Assembly (NCBI GenBank): GCA_017694795.1
Contig: JADIMM010000080.1
Coordinates: 13,217-77,216, forward strand
DNA length: 64,000 bases
From: Candidatus Gallitreponema excrementavium
GTDB lineage: Bacteria; Spirochaetota; Spirochaetia; Treponematales; Treponemataceae
Reading direction: 5' to 3'
Below the pieces are notes generated by a model that had not been told where the DNA came from, did no database searches, and saw only the letters and a program-made list of their open reading frames with translations. A program made the translations under genes and the position numbers. This document shows, piece after piece, positions 46,431 to 55,360 of the stretch; position 1 is the stretch's first letter; every line of letters starts with the position of its first letter.

Positions 46431-48392
46431 ATGAAACATAAATTCAAAATGCTTGCTTTAAGAAATTTTATCGTCTATAATAGCCCTATGGCAGAGTCAG
46501 TTGATATTTATTCCATAATGCGTTTATACGCCAACAAACAGAATTCCCCTTCAATTTATTTTTCAGAATTCTGCGAATATATGCAAAAATATGCCAGACA
46601 CTATCTGGAGAGCAACCCGGATTTGGTTGTATTCCTGGATAATCCACAAAGTGCTGTAATGGAAGCCATAACAGAACTGGAAGGAAGTAAGAAAGTCTTG
46701 TCCTCTGTGGACAACAAAAACCGCAGGCTTATAACAATCCCCAGATATTATTCCGACAAAATTCTCCAAAGATACAAGGAGATAACCTCCAACCCGGACA
46801 TTCCTTTTCCTCAGGAAACTGAGATTGACAAGAAAATCGCACCTCTGATTACAGAAGATATAATATATTCAACACAATATACTGAATATTTTGAGGGAAA
46901 AACGAACGGAAGTTCCGTATTGTACAAAATCATTTTTCCCGAAGGAATACCTTCTCTCATTGTACCTACAAGCCTGGATCCGGACAAGGTTATAGAAATT
47001 TGTATTTACAAAATCAGAATTTTTCTTTCAAAAAATGATTTTAAGGATTTTATTTTAAAAAAACTGCTTATTGCAAATCCCGGAAAAGAGATTTCCATGA
47101 GAAATTTTATGTCCCAACTTATGACAAAACCGGCAGATACAATAACAGGACTAAAACATTCCGGTGAAGCCTTTATATTCTGGACCTGTCTCTGTTCTTT
47201 TGCAAAACAGGATTTGGACAAAAAAAATGAATTAACCGCAGAAGACATTTCTTTTTTGCAGTCTCTGATTTTTATCGAATATGCAAACACCTATTACAAA
47301 AACAAAAACCAGCAGAATCTCCAGAGGGAAACGGCACTGAAAAATCTTGAATTGTGTTTCCAGAAACCACCGTTTTATTTCTCCGGAGATGACATTTCCA
47401 GATTTACAGATTCAAGGGGTGTTCCGCTTCTGGGACAGTACAGCCAGAAAGATCTGGAGGAATATATGCACACAGCTACAACCTCCGGCTCATTTGAAAC
47501 TCTCCCGGAAATAATTGTGTTTACCCTTGAAAACGGTGAAAGATACTTTATAAACAAGAAAAAAATCGTACCCCTCATATTTTCCCTGGCAAGCGAAATC
47601 AGGGTTCCAGTAAAGAACTCCGTAACCGAAGACTGGAAACAAATTCTGAAAAATTTCGGCCAGGATAAAGCCATGAAAGACCAGAAACTTTTTGAAAAAA
47701 AGCTTGAAGAGAAAACCGCTTTTTTTTCCCCTGTACTCTATACAATTTTGAAAGCTTCTTTCCTGCCGCAGGCTATAAACGAAACCTCTTCAAAAGACCT
47801 GGAAGGCCAGGATTTTAATCTTATCGAGAAAGGGAAAATAGTACCTTTGAGCAGGATTTTAATGCTTTCAAGAGAAGAACTGGTTACTGATACTAAAATC
47901 CTGCTTCCGTTTTGGTACACAATTCCGATTATCTCTCAAATCATTGCCTTTTTTAAGCGTCCCAGGACAGAAAAAACAAAAAACAACAGCACAAGAATCA
48001 GGAAACCTGAATCAGACATTCCTGAAACAGACAAGACAACTGCCCCTCCAAAACGTAAAGAAGAATTCAAGAATGCTGCCCTTGAAATCAAAAAGAAACT
48101 TATCCGCAAGGGTTCAACATTGGACTTGGATCTTAGCTATTATTTGGACAAATGGAACCAGAACCTGAACCCGAACGTAAAAAATGATCTTACAGAAGAT
48201 GTGAATGTCTTGATCAGGGACTATCTGAGAAAGACAATCCGCATAATGCCGGTGGCCTCTTTCACCCTTGAAAGGATAGAAGTCTTAGCCACAACATTAG
48301 CAGACACCCCTTCCCTGATGAAAATAAGAAACAGGGATGCACTTATTGCTTATATACAATGCTATATGGTGAAAATAGTAGCTGGATTGTAA
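46431..48392 (+). CDS. Large hypothetical protein (653 aa) with a basic internal segment
   Basis: Long ORF with coding-like composition. I recognise no catalytic motif. One hydrophobic segment (LLPFWYTIPIISQIIAFF) is followed by a Lys/Arg-rich stretch. Confidence 0.5.
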   Translation: MKHKFKMLALRNFIVYNSPMAESVDIYSIMRLYANKQNSPSIYFSEFCEYMQKYARHYLESNPDLVVFLDNPQSAVMEAITELEGSKKVLSSVDNKNRRLITIPRYYSDKILQRYKEITSNPDIPFPQETEIDKKIAPLITEDIIYSTQYTEYFEGKTNGSSVLYKIIFPEGIPSLIVPTSLDPDKVIEICIYKIRIFLSKNDFKDFILKKLLIANPGKEISMRNFMSQLMTKPADTITGLKHSGEAFIFWTCLCSFAKQDLDKKNELTAEDISFLQSLIFIEYANTYYKNKNQQNLQRETALKNLELCFQKPPFYFSGDDISRFTDSRGVPLLGQYSQKDLEEYMHTATTSGSFETLPEIIVFTLENGERYFINKKKIVPLIFSLASEIRVPVKNSVTEDWKQILKNFGQDKAMKDQKLFEKKLEEKTAFFSPVLYTILKASFLPQAINETSSKDLEGQDFNLIEKGKIVPLSRILMLSREELVTDTKILLPFWYTIPIISQIIAFFKRPRTEKTKNNSTRIRKPESDIPETDKTTAPPKRKEEFKNAALEIKKKLIRKGSTLDLDLSYYLDKWNQNLNPNVKNDLTEDVNVLIRDYLRKTIRIMPVASFTLERIEVLATTLADTPSLMKIRNRDALIAYIQCYMVKIVAGL

Positions 48393-48614
48393 AAAAAATC
48401 ACATAAAAAAGTCGCAAAATGCAGAAAACTCTTTATATATAATATATAGGGCTGATCGGCACCATATATTATTTTAATGAGGATTGAGCAAATGCCAGGA
48501 ACCGATTCTTTTTACAAAATAAAAAAAGTTATTGAATAGGTCAAAAAGTCATTTATTTCTGTCCTCGCCATGCAGAAAGATTCCGGCCGGATTTTTCTGT
48601 CCACAGGAGGTTTT

Positions 48615-49016
48615 ATGAACAGTTTAAATTCAATTCTTGTAGAAGGAAACATTGTTAGGGATCCCGTAGTAAAGGAAACGCCCAAAGGTACAAAAGTTTG
48701 TACATTTTCCCTTGCCTCTAACCGGTACTACAAAATCAATGACGGGTATGAGCAGGAAACATCATTCTTTGATGTTGAATCCTGGGGCCAGGAAGCCGAA
48801 AGATGTATGACAGAATGTACAAGAGGCAGAGGAATAAGGGTGGTAGGAAGACTAAAACAAGACAGATGGGTGGGTGCCGAGGGTAAAAATTACTCCCGGG
48901 TTAAAATTGTAGCTGACCACATCGAATACAAACCAAAACTTACAAAAACAAAGGAAAAAGAGCAGGAAAAACCTGCTGAAATGGAAACAGCTGAAAAAGA
49001 AGCCTTAGTCTTCTAA
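48615..49016 (+). CDS. ssb: Single-stranded DNA-binding protein
   Basis: ATG 48615 follows a GGAGG SD. MNSLNSILVEGNIVRDPVVKETPKGTKVCTFSLASNR is the SSB OB-fold N-terminus. The tail ends in ...EKEALVF. Confidence 0.8.
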   Translation: MNSLNSILVEGNIVRDPVVKETPKGTKVCTFSLASNRYYKINDGYEQETSFFDVESWGQEAERCMTECTRGRGIRVVGRLKQDRWVGAEGKNYSRVKIVADHIEYKPKLTKTKEKEQEKPAEMETAEKEALVF

Positions 49017-49025
49017 TCAGATGCC

Positions 49026-49057
49026 GGAGCCGCATTTTACACCCAATATGCGGCTCC
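49026..49057 (+). terminator. Hairpin downstream of ssb
   Basis: GGAGCCGCAT-N12-ATGCGGCTCC, a 10-bp perfect stem. No T-run follows. Confidence 0.4.
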
Positions 49058-49119
49058 CCAAGGCTGTGCATTTAATAATAACGGCACTATTTTTTATTCA
49101 AAATAATTGCCGCCAAGTA

Positions 49120-49148
49120 TTGACTTTTTTTTTCCTGTTTTGTATAGT
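49120..49148 (+). promoter_or_regulatory. Sigma70-type promoter of tRNA-Asp
   Basis: TTGACT-N17-TATAGT, ending 10 nt before the tRNA 5' end. Confidence 0.6.
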
Positions 49149-49158
49149 TTCAGCATCT

Positions 49159-49232
49159 GGGGGCGTAGCGAAGCTGGTTATCGCGTCGGCCTGTCACGCC
49201 GAAGATCGCGGGTTCGAGCCCCGTCGCTCCCG
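49159..49232 (+). tRNA. tRNA-Asp (GTC)
   Basis: Hand-folded cloverleaf: acceptor GGGGGCG/CGCTCCC, D-stem GCGA/TCGC, anticodon arm TCGGC-CTGTCAC-GCCGA, T-arm GCGGG-TTCGAGC-CCCGT. CCA is not encoded. Confidence 0.9.
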
Positions 49233-49236
49233 AAAA

Positions 49237-49269
49237 AACCGTTTTGGATGTATCCAGAACGGTTTTTTA
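49237..49269 (+). terminator. Rho-independent terminator after tRNA-Asp
   Basis: AACCGTTTTGGAT-gt-ATCCAGAACGGTT (one G-U pair) followed by TTTTAT. Confidence 0.7.
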
Positions 49270-49362
49270 TTCAGTGCCGTAGCAGGGTTCGTAAAACGGC
49301 ATTAAGAAAAGAACCCTGATTTATATATATGCTGTTCTGGCTTTTTCAGGACAGCTCTTAAA

Positions 49363-49434
49363 CGGGCAGTAGCGCAGGGGTAGCGCGCTTGGTTCGGGAC
49401 TAAGAAGTCGGGGGTTCAAATCCCCCCTGCCCGA
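49363..49434 (+). tRNA. tRNA-Pro (CGG)
   Basis: Hand-folded: acceptor CGGGCAG/CTGCCCG, D-stem GCGC/GCGC, anticodon arm CTTGG-TTCGGGA-CTAAG, T-arm GGGGG-TTCAAAT-CCCCC. CCA is not encoded. Confidence 0.9.
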
Positions 49435-49568
49435 TAAAAAAATCAGGACAATATAATTTGGTTTAAGGGAAATTCAAAGTACCAGGAAAAAAATTGCTTT
49501 GCGTAAGCAAAGTGCTTTGCGTAAGCAAAGCGGGATTTGAACCTGCCTTTGTAAAAAGGCAGGAGGGG
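49429..49568 (+). repeat. Direct repeat copy 1 (140 bp), starting within the last 6 nt of tRNA-Pro
   Basis: About 95 percent identical to 49659..49799. It contains three GTAA-capped hairpins at 49496..49513, 49514..49531 and 49542..49563. Confidence 0.85.
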
Positions 49569-49658
49569 CCCCGGAGGGGCAAATCCCCCCCTTTGCAAAG
49601 ATGGTTTTGTGGTCATTTGTTGCTTGTTTTGCAGCAAGATTAACTCCTCTGCAAAGAG

Positions 49659-49799
49659 GCCCGATAAAAAAAATCAAGACAATATAATTTGGTTTAAGGG
49701 AAATTCAAAGTATCAGGAAAAAAATTGCTTTGCGTAAGCAAATTGCTTTGCTTACGCAAAGCGGGATTTGAACCTGCCTTTGCAAAAAGGCAGGAGGGG
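49659..49799 (+). repeat. Direct repeat copy 2 (141 bp)
   Basis: It begins with GCCCGATAAAAAAAA like copy 1. I count about 7 differences, including the loop-flipped hairpin at 49745..49762. Confidence 0.85.
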
Positions 49800-49854
49800 T
49801 AAATAGCTTTTCCAAAAAAAATCAGGTACGAAGAGACTAAAAGCCCCCCGAAAA

Positions 49855-50601
49855 CTAACCCAGTTGGCATCTGATATTTCTTTCTGTTTCAGGATCCCGG
49901 AAATTAAGGGTTACGGCATATAATTCCAAAAATGGGGATTTTTCCCCTCCATAAAGTTCATCCCCAATTATGGGATAAGAACACCATGCCAAATGACTTC
50001 TTATCTGATGCCTGAATCCCTTTACCAACCTTATCCGAAACAAATATTTTTGACGGCATTCATCCACCGAAAGAATATCCGTAGTATAAATATTTTTTTC
50101 TGTCTTTTTGATTATAAGCCTGTTTTCTTCATCCAGTCTCACGGGTCTAACGGCCTGCCTGCCCTTTCCGTAATAACGGAATCTGCTCTGAATTGAACAG
50201 GGGCAGTCTTTTTTATCCAAGAAATAAAATGCAGGGGTTGGAAAACCTTCCGGAATATCATTTACACCGTTTTTCTTTGTTACTGCTATATATTCCTTAC
50301 AAATCCTGCCGCTTTTTTGCTCATTTATAAAAAAACCGGCAGTCTTTTTATTTCTTGCAATAAGAACAAGACCATAGGTTCCGTTGTCAAGCCTGTGAAT
50401 TACCCCTCCTTCATCTTTTTTTCTGGTATCCGGTGATGCCTCCAGTACCTCAGGGTAAGACTTTGAAACAAAATCCAGCAGACTGTATTTTTCGGAACCG
50501 GTAACAGGGACAGTAGGAATTCCGTGAGGCTTCCGGGCAACCAAAAAGTTTTTGTTTTCCAAAACTATTTCCGGAATATTTTCAAAACAGGGAATATTCA
50601 A
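49855..50601 (-). CDS. RluA-family pseudouridine synthase
   Basis: 248 aa. GVIHRLDNGTYGLVLIA (catalytic Asp motif) and HQIRSHL. Confidence 0.75.
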   Translation of the reverse strand: MNIPCFENIPEIVLENKNFLVARKPHGIPTVPVTGSEKYSLLDFVSKSYPEVLEASPDTRKKDEGGVIHRLDNGTYGLVLIARNKKTAGFFINEQKSGRICKEYIAVTKKNGVNDIPEGFPTPAFYFLDKKDCPCSIQSRFRYYGKGRQAVRPVRLDEENRLIIKKTEKNIYTTDILSVDECRQKYLFRIRLVKGFRHQIRSHLAWCSYPIIGDELYGGEKSPFLELYAVTLNFRDPETERNIRCQLG

Positions 50602-51596
50602 CTTTCAATATCCTTCCAGTTTATTTTGCCCCTATCCCTGGGATACATTTCCCTTAGTTTTTTTATAACTCTCTTAAACCTGACCGGTACAGGAATTTTA
50701 AAACGGGAGAATTCAACCTTGCCGGGAAGCCTGATTCCCAACAATCTGGAGCAAAGCATCAGTTTTTCCCCGGGAAATTCAGAGTCCGGCTTTCCGTACA
50801 AGTTATCACCTAAAATCGGACAACCTAAAGACTTCATGTGAACCCTGATCTGATGGGTGCGTCCGGTTTTTAGTTTCAGGACCACAAGGGAATAATTACC
50901 GTAAACCGCAGTTACCCGGTACACAGTGTGGGAAAACTTCCCCTTTCCCGGTTCATCTATCCAGGAAAAGCGTTTACGGTTTCTGGGATCCCTAATCAAA
51001 AAATTTTTAACGGCACCGTAAAGCGGGCGGGGTACACCCTTTAAAATTGCAATATATTCCTTTTGCACCCTACGGTGAAAAAATTGTTCCTGAAGATACT
51101 TTTCGCTCTCAAAGTTCTTTGCAGTGATAATAAGTCCGGATGTTTCTTTGTCAAGGCGGTGTACAATCCCGGTCCGGAATCCCGGTTCTTCTGCCAGGGA
51201 CGAACCGGCTTGCAGATTTTCTTTACCATCCTGTTGCCGGTTTAAATGGAAAAGAAGTCCGTTTGCCAGTGTACCGGTCCAGTTTCCCGCAGCAGGATGG
51301 GTCACTAATCCTGACGGCTTATTGATTACAACCACATTTTTATCTTCGTAAACGATTTCCAGAGGAATATCTTCCGGCACCAGGGCAGAAACGGTTTGTT
51401 CTTCCCAGGACAAAAAAATTTCGTCTCCCCGGGCTACGCACCTGGATAATTTTGTTTTTTTACCGTTTACCTGAATGATTTTAAGGGATTTTTTCAGCTG
51501 GGAACGGCTTATTTCCGGAACTAGTCTTGAAACAATCTTATCAAGCCGTTCCCCTGAATACTCTTCCGGTACAATCAGTTTTCTTTCCTGTATCAT
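50598..51596 (-). CDS. rluD: 23S rRNA pseudouridine synthase RluD-type (S4 domain plus RluA core)
   Basis: 332 aa. S4-like N-terminus (RLDKIVSRL), GIVHRLDKETSGLII and THQIRVHM. It overlaps the downstream synthase by 4 nt. Confidence 0.8.
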   Translation of the reverse strand: MIQERKLIVPEEYSGERLDKIVSRLVPEISRSQLKKSLKIIQVNGKKTKLSRCVARGDEIFLSWEEQTVSALVPEDIPLEIVYEDKNVVVINKPSGLVTHPAAGNWTGTLANGLLFHLNRQQDGKENLQAGSSLAEEPGFRTGIVHRLDKETSGLIITAKNFESEKYLQEQFFHRRVQKEYIAILKGVPRPLYGAVKNFLIRDPRNRKRFSWIDEPGKGKFSHTVYRVTAVYGNYSLVVLKLKTGRTHQIRVHMKSLGCPILGDNLYGKPDSEFPGEKLMLCSRLLGIRLPGKVEFSRFKIPVPVRFKRVIKKLREMYPRDRGKINWKDIES

Positions 51597-51613
51597 TCCT
51601 AATCCAATGCCTT

Positions 51614-52237
51614 TTAAGTTTCTTTGTCCAGGCTGATTAAAACAGCCTCGTTATTAAGAAGGAAATTTTCAACCCTGTTATTAAATTCGGTATTCCTGCT
51701 TTCTATAGCCGATAAATCCGAACCTTCAGCATTAATATTTTTTCCCAGATTATTTTCTTCAGCAGGTAAATCCTGTTCTTCCGGAACAGCTGTAGTATCG
51801 GGAGACCCGGAAACGGGGGTTATGACAATGTTTCCCCGCTGCCGGGATTCGGCAAGGCGTTTTTCCCTGGCACGGACAAGAAATCTTATACCCTGGTCAA
51901 TGAGGGCTGCCCCCAGCGAAATTCCGATTGCCGTAAAAAAAATATTTTTCTGTTCATCTTCGGTATATCCGGCTGAGGAAGTCTTTTTAAAAGGCCAAGG
52001 AGCATAATTTCCGTCCATTCCGTTTGAAAAATACCTGTAAGAATCATATCCGATGGTACTAAGCATCATTGCAAAAGGAAGGGAACCAAAGGATACTATC
52101 TCAAAGCGTCTCAATTCTGATGCCCACAGGGGAATTTCTCCGTCTTCAATAGGAGCAGGAGTAACCGTTTGGGACATTAGTGAAGAGAAGGAAAAAAACA
52201 GCAAAAGAATGATTGCAATACAACGGTGGAATTTCAT
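51614..52237 (-). CDS. Hypothetical exported/membrane protein
   Basis: 207 aa with a signal peptide (IAIILLLFFSFSSLMSQ) and one later hydrophobic segment. Confidence 0.45.
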   Translation of the reverse strand: MKFHRCIAIILLLFFSFSSLMSQTVTPAPIEDGEIPLWASELRRFEIVSFGSLPFAMMLSTIGYDSYRYFSNGMDGNYAPWPFKKTSSAGYTEDEQKNIFFTAIGISLGAALIDQGIRFLVRAREKRLAESRQRGNIVITPVSGSPDTTAVPEEQDLPAEENNLGKNINAEGSDLSAIESRNTEFNNRVENFLLNNEAVLISLDKET

Positions 52238-52941
52238 TCTCTTGTCCCGAAAATTGCAGTTCCGATTCTCACCATGGTGGAACCTTCTTCTATCGCAATT
52301 TTATAATCATTAGACATTCCCATGGAAATTACCGGCAGCTGGAGACCGGGATATCTGGAAACCACCTGATGTTGTAAAGCTATAAGCTTTTTAAACGAAG
52401 CCCTTATAAGATTTTCATCCTGTGTAAAAGGAGCCATTGTCATAAGGCCTTGGATTCTTACTTTTCCGGATTTCAGTGCATAGTCAATGGAATCAAACAA
52501 ATCCTTTTCACTTGTATAACCGGACTTTGATTCTTCTCCGGTATGAATTTCCATAAGCACATTCTGAAAGGTCTTTCTCTGGTCATCAGAATTTGAGGAA
52601 AGTTTCCGCTCTATTTCCATGACAAGCTCAATTCTGTCAACAGACTGGATACAGGAAACATAAGGCAGGATTTTTCCAACCTTATTCCGTTGCAGGGAGC
52701 CGATAAGATGCAGTTCAATGTCTTTTTTTCCTATTTCTGAAAATTTTTCCACCGCTTCCTGAACCCGGTTTTCCCCAAAGATTCTCTGACCGGCTTCATA
52801 AGCTTCCACAACAGCACTGACCGGATGGAACTTACTCACTGCCACCAGTTGTACAGAGCCTTCTTTTCTTCCGCTTCTTAATTCTGCTTCCCGGATATTA
52901 TCCAGAACCCGGTTTAAATTCTCCCTTATGTTGCCTTTCAT
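52234..52941 (-). CDS. yggS: YggS-family PLP-binding protein
   Basis: 235 aa. LVAVSKFHP (PLP lysine), FGENRVQE and MGMSNDY. Confidence 0.85.
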   Translation of the reverse strand: MKGNIRENLNRVLDNIREAELRSGRKEGSVQLVAVSKFHPVSAVVEAYEAGQRIFGENRVQEAVEKFSEIGKKDIELHLIGSLQRNKVGKILPYVSCIQSVDRIELVMEIERKLSSNSDDQRKTFQNVLMEIHTGEESKSGYTSEKDLFDSIDYALKSGKVRIQGLMTMAPFTQDENLIRASFKKLIALQHQVVSRYPGLQLPVISMGMSNDYKIAIEEGSTMVRIGTAIFGTRE

Positions 52942-52998
52942 ACAAAAAATATCTCACAATACTTTAAATCATTCAATAGATTATTCCACTCAAGAATT

Positions 52999-53877
52999 TT
53001 ATATTTTTTCTGATAATTTTTCCGCCAGGTTTATAATTTCCTTATATGAAAGATTTTCGCCCCGGATATTTTCGTTTAATCCAATTTCTGCCAAAAACCC
53101 GGAAACTAAAGAGTCACTGTTTTCCCCGGACCGGGCAAGACTAAGAATATTATTTTTTATTGTTTTTCTCCTGTTCAGGAAAATTGTTTTTGCCAGGGAA
53201 AGGGCCAGCTTGAATTCCCCGGTTTCCGGAAATAAAGCTTTTTTGTCCAGAACCACCGTCCTTGAGTCCACATGGGGACGGGGCCAAAAAAAACCGGGCC
53301 CCAAGTCGCAGAGTGTTTTTATATCGTAGGCCCACTGGCACAATACAGAGAAATACGAATAGTCTTTTGTTCCCGGCTGTGCAGTCATTCTTCGGGCAAC
53401 TTCTTTCTGCACCGTCAGAACAGCCTTTTCAAAAACAATTCCGTTTTCTGTTAATCTGGCAATAAAATCAGAAGCGATGTTGTAAGGCAGATTACCAAAT
53501 AGTCTGTCTGGCAGTTTTCCACATTTTTCTGCATCAAGGAAACAGGATTTTACTGTTTTTAAGGCATCCCCTTCTACAACTGTAAAATTCCTGTATTCAG
53601 AAAAAAAATCCCTCAGACAACTTGCAAAGCCCTTGTCTATCTCAAAGACTGTTAATTCCGCACCGCTTTTTAAAATCAACTCCGTTACGGCTCCCAATCC
53701 GGGACCGATTTCCCAGACTCTGAGTCCAGGCTTTAAATCCAAGGCGGCCACCTGTTTTTCCCGGATACCCCGGTTGATAAGAAAGTTCTGCCCGAATTTT
53801 TTTTGCATTCCAAAGCCTTTCATTTCCAGAAAAGCCTTTATATCCTGGGGATTGTCATAATTTATCAAAGTCTTCAA
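52999..53877 (-). CDS. rsmA: 16S rRNA (adenine1518/1519-N6)-dimethyltransferase RsmA/KsgA
   Basis: 292 aa. KKFGQNFL, VWEIGPGLGAVT and GNLPYNI. Confidence 0.9.
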   Translation of the reverse strand: MKTLINYDNPQDIKAFLEMKGFGMQKKFGQNFLINRGIREKQVAALDLKPGLRVWEIGPGLGAVTELILKSGAELTVFEIDKGFASCLRDFFSEYRNFTVVEGDALKTVKSCFLDAEKCGKLPDRLFGNLPYNIASDFIARLTENGIVFEKAVLTVQKEVARRMTAQPGTKDYSYFSVLCQWAYDIKTLCDLGPGFFWPRPHVDSRTVVLDKKALFPETGEFKLALSLAKTIFLNRRKTIKNNILSLARSGENSDSLVSGFLAEIGLNENIRGENLSYKEIINLAEKLSEKI

Positions 53878-55360
53878 GACGCAAACTCCTTTTTTCCATG
53901 TGTACTTTCAATAACTTTATACCAAAACCAGCCATTAAACAAACCCCGAAAGAGAAAACCACCCCGGAAATTGTATCCACCTTTACAGACGGAAACAAGC
54001 TGAAAAATTTTGCTGTTTTCTCAATTATGCCGCAAATAAATTCCATAGGGAAAAAACAAAAATCCGGGAGGAAAAAAAACAAGTCCAGAATCAGAGTCAA
54101 ACCACCTGCATATAGAAATATTAAAACCAGGATGCAAACCGGAATAGAAGCGATAACCCCTGCAAGGTAAAATTCACCAAAAAATAATGCAGAAACGCCG
54201 GTCGTCATAAGAACTGCCCCCAAAGAAGCGCTGAAAGAAGATGCAATTCCGGAAGGAATGTAGGGCTCAAGAAACCATTTTATGGAATCAGCAAACAAAA
54301 TAATTCCTAGAAGCCCCCCGTAAGACAAAATAAAAGAAACAGTCCCGCTTTCTTCCGGGAAAAACCATGTATGAAAGACAAAACTTATTGAAAGAACAGA
54401 AATCAAAGGTATTCTGATTCCTGCCCATTTTACGATGCCAGCAATGAAAACCATTATTATTGCCCTTTTTAAAGACGGGGAACCGCCTGCAAAAATATAA
54501 AAGCACAGGGAAGCTGCAAAACCAAACAAAAAAGCCCATTTTTTGCCCATAAGTCCTTTCCAGAGAAAAATACCCAAAGAGCAGATAATTGACAAATGCA
54601 TTCCGGAAAGAGCCAGAACATGGGCACAGCCTGATTTTGTAAAATATTGGGAAAAACTTTCCGGGAGGAATTCTTTGGAAGAAGTTAAAAGGGCATACAA
54701 CAGTCCACCGGCATTTCCTTTTGATTCAATTTTTTCCATAAGGCGGAATCTGATAATTCCCCTGAATTTTTTAAAAGAATTTTTCCATTCTTTTTTTTCT
54801 ATCCGGTTGAATTTAAGAAACAGCATGCCTGTTTTGTTTTCAAAAACAGTACCTGTGCCTGATAGAACTGCCCCGGAAGCTATAACTTCCCGGTATTTAT
54901 GGTTCGGGGATTTTACAATTTCCCTGGGAATCAGAGCTGTGATACTCCCGGTCTTTTTTTGTTTTATTCCGGAAAAAGATAATTCCGCCAAACAACCGTC
55001 ACATGAATAAAAACTGTCTCCATAAGGCTTTAAATCGGATTTCAGTTCAAAAACAAACCCGGCTTTTGTATTCATGGCTGTAGCCGGCAAACTGAATTTC
55101 CGGGATTGGGAATAAAAGGCTGATACCCCGGTTAAAAGACCTGCAATAAAAAAAAACAAGACAAGCCTGTATTGTTCAAAATTTTCCGGCAACTTATCCC
55201 TAAGACCAAGAATAAGAAACCAAGAACTGAGGAAAGAAAAAAACAAAACCAGAATTCCTGCCAAAAACAGGTATCCAGGTTTCTCCAGCCAAAAGAAAAA
55301 ATACCTCCCCAGAAAACAACCTAAGGCACAAACACAAAAAGGCGAAAAAGATTTTACCAC
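53855..55360 (-). CDS. comEC: ComEC/Rec2-family membrane protein without a metallo-beta-lactamase domain
   Basis: 501 aa and polytopic. FTKSGCAHVLALSGMHLSI is the ComEC competence-domain motif. Confidence 0.7.
   Translation of the reverse strand: MVKSFSPFCVCALGCFLGRYFFFWLEKPGYLFLAGILVLFFSFLSSWFLILGLRDKLPENFEQYRLVLFFFIAGLLTGVSAFYSQSRKFSLPATAMNTKAGFVFELKSDLKPYGDSFYSCDGCLAELSFSGIKQKKTGSITALIPREIVKSPNHKYREVIASGAVLSGTGTVFENKTGMLFLKFNRIEKKEWKNSFKKFRGIIRFRLMEKIESKGNAGGLLYALLTSSKEFLPESFSQYFTKSGCAHVLALSGMHLSIICSLGIFLWKGLMGKKWAFLFGFAASLCFYIFAGGSPSLKRAIIMVFIAGIVKWAGIRIPLISVLSISFVFHTWFFPEESGTVSFILSYGGLLGIILFADSIKWFLEPYIPSGIASSFSASLGAVLMTTGVSALFFGEFYLAGVIASIPVCILVLIFLYAGGLTLILDLFFFLPDFCFFPMEFICGIIEKTAKFFSLFPSVKVDTISGVVFSFGVCLMAGFGIKLLKVHMEKRSLRLEDFDKL

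Noticed and set aside
49528-49565. GCGGGATTTGAACCTGCC resembles the reverse complement of a tRNA T-arm, suggesting a minus-strand tRNA.
   Set aside because: Folding the minus strand gives a mismatched T-stem, a 9-bp stem with a 4-nt loop instead of an anticodon arm, and no D-arm. It is not a functional cloverleaf.
49443-49677. Minus-strand ORFs of 64 and 67 aa, and plus-strand ORFs 49021..49305 and 49107..49319, lie across the tRNA and repeat region.
   Set aside because: They overlap tRNA genes, terminators and hairpin repeats. Their translations are repeat-driven (FAYAKHFAYAKQ). They are not credible coding sequence.
49429-49799. Considered whether the repeats form a CRISPR array.
   Set aside because: There are only two copies of 140 bp with a 90-bp spacer, and they are internally palindromic. 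No cas genes and no short regular repeat-spacer periodicity are present.
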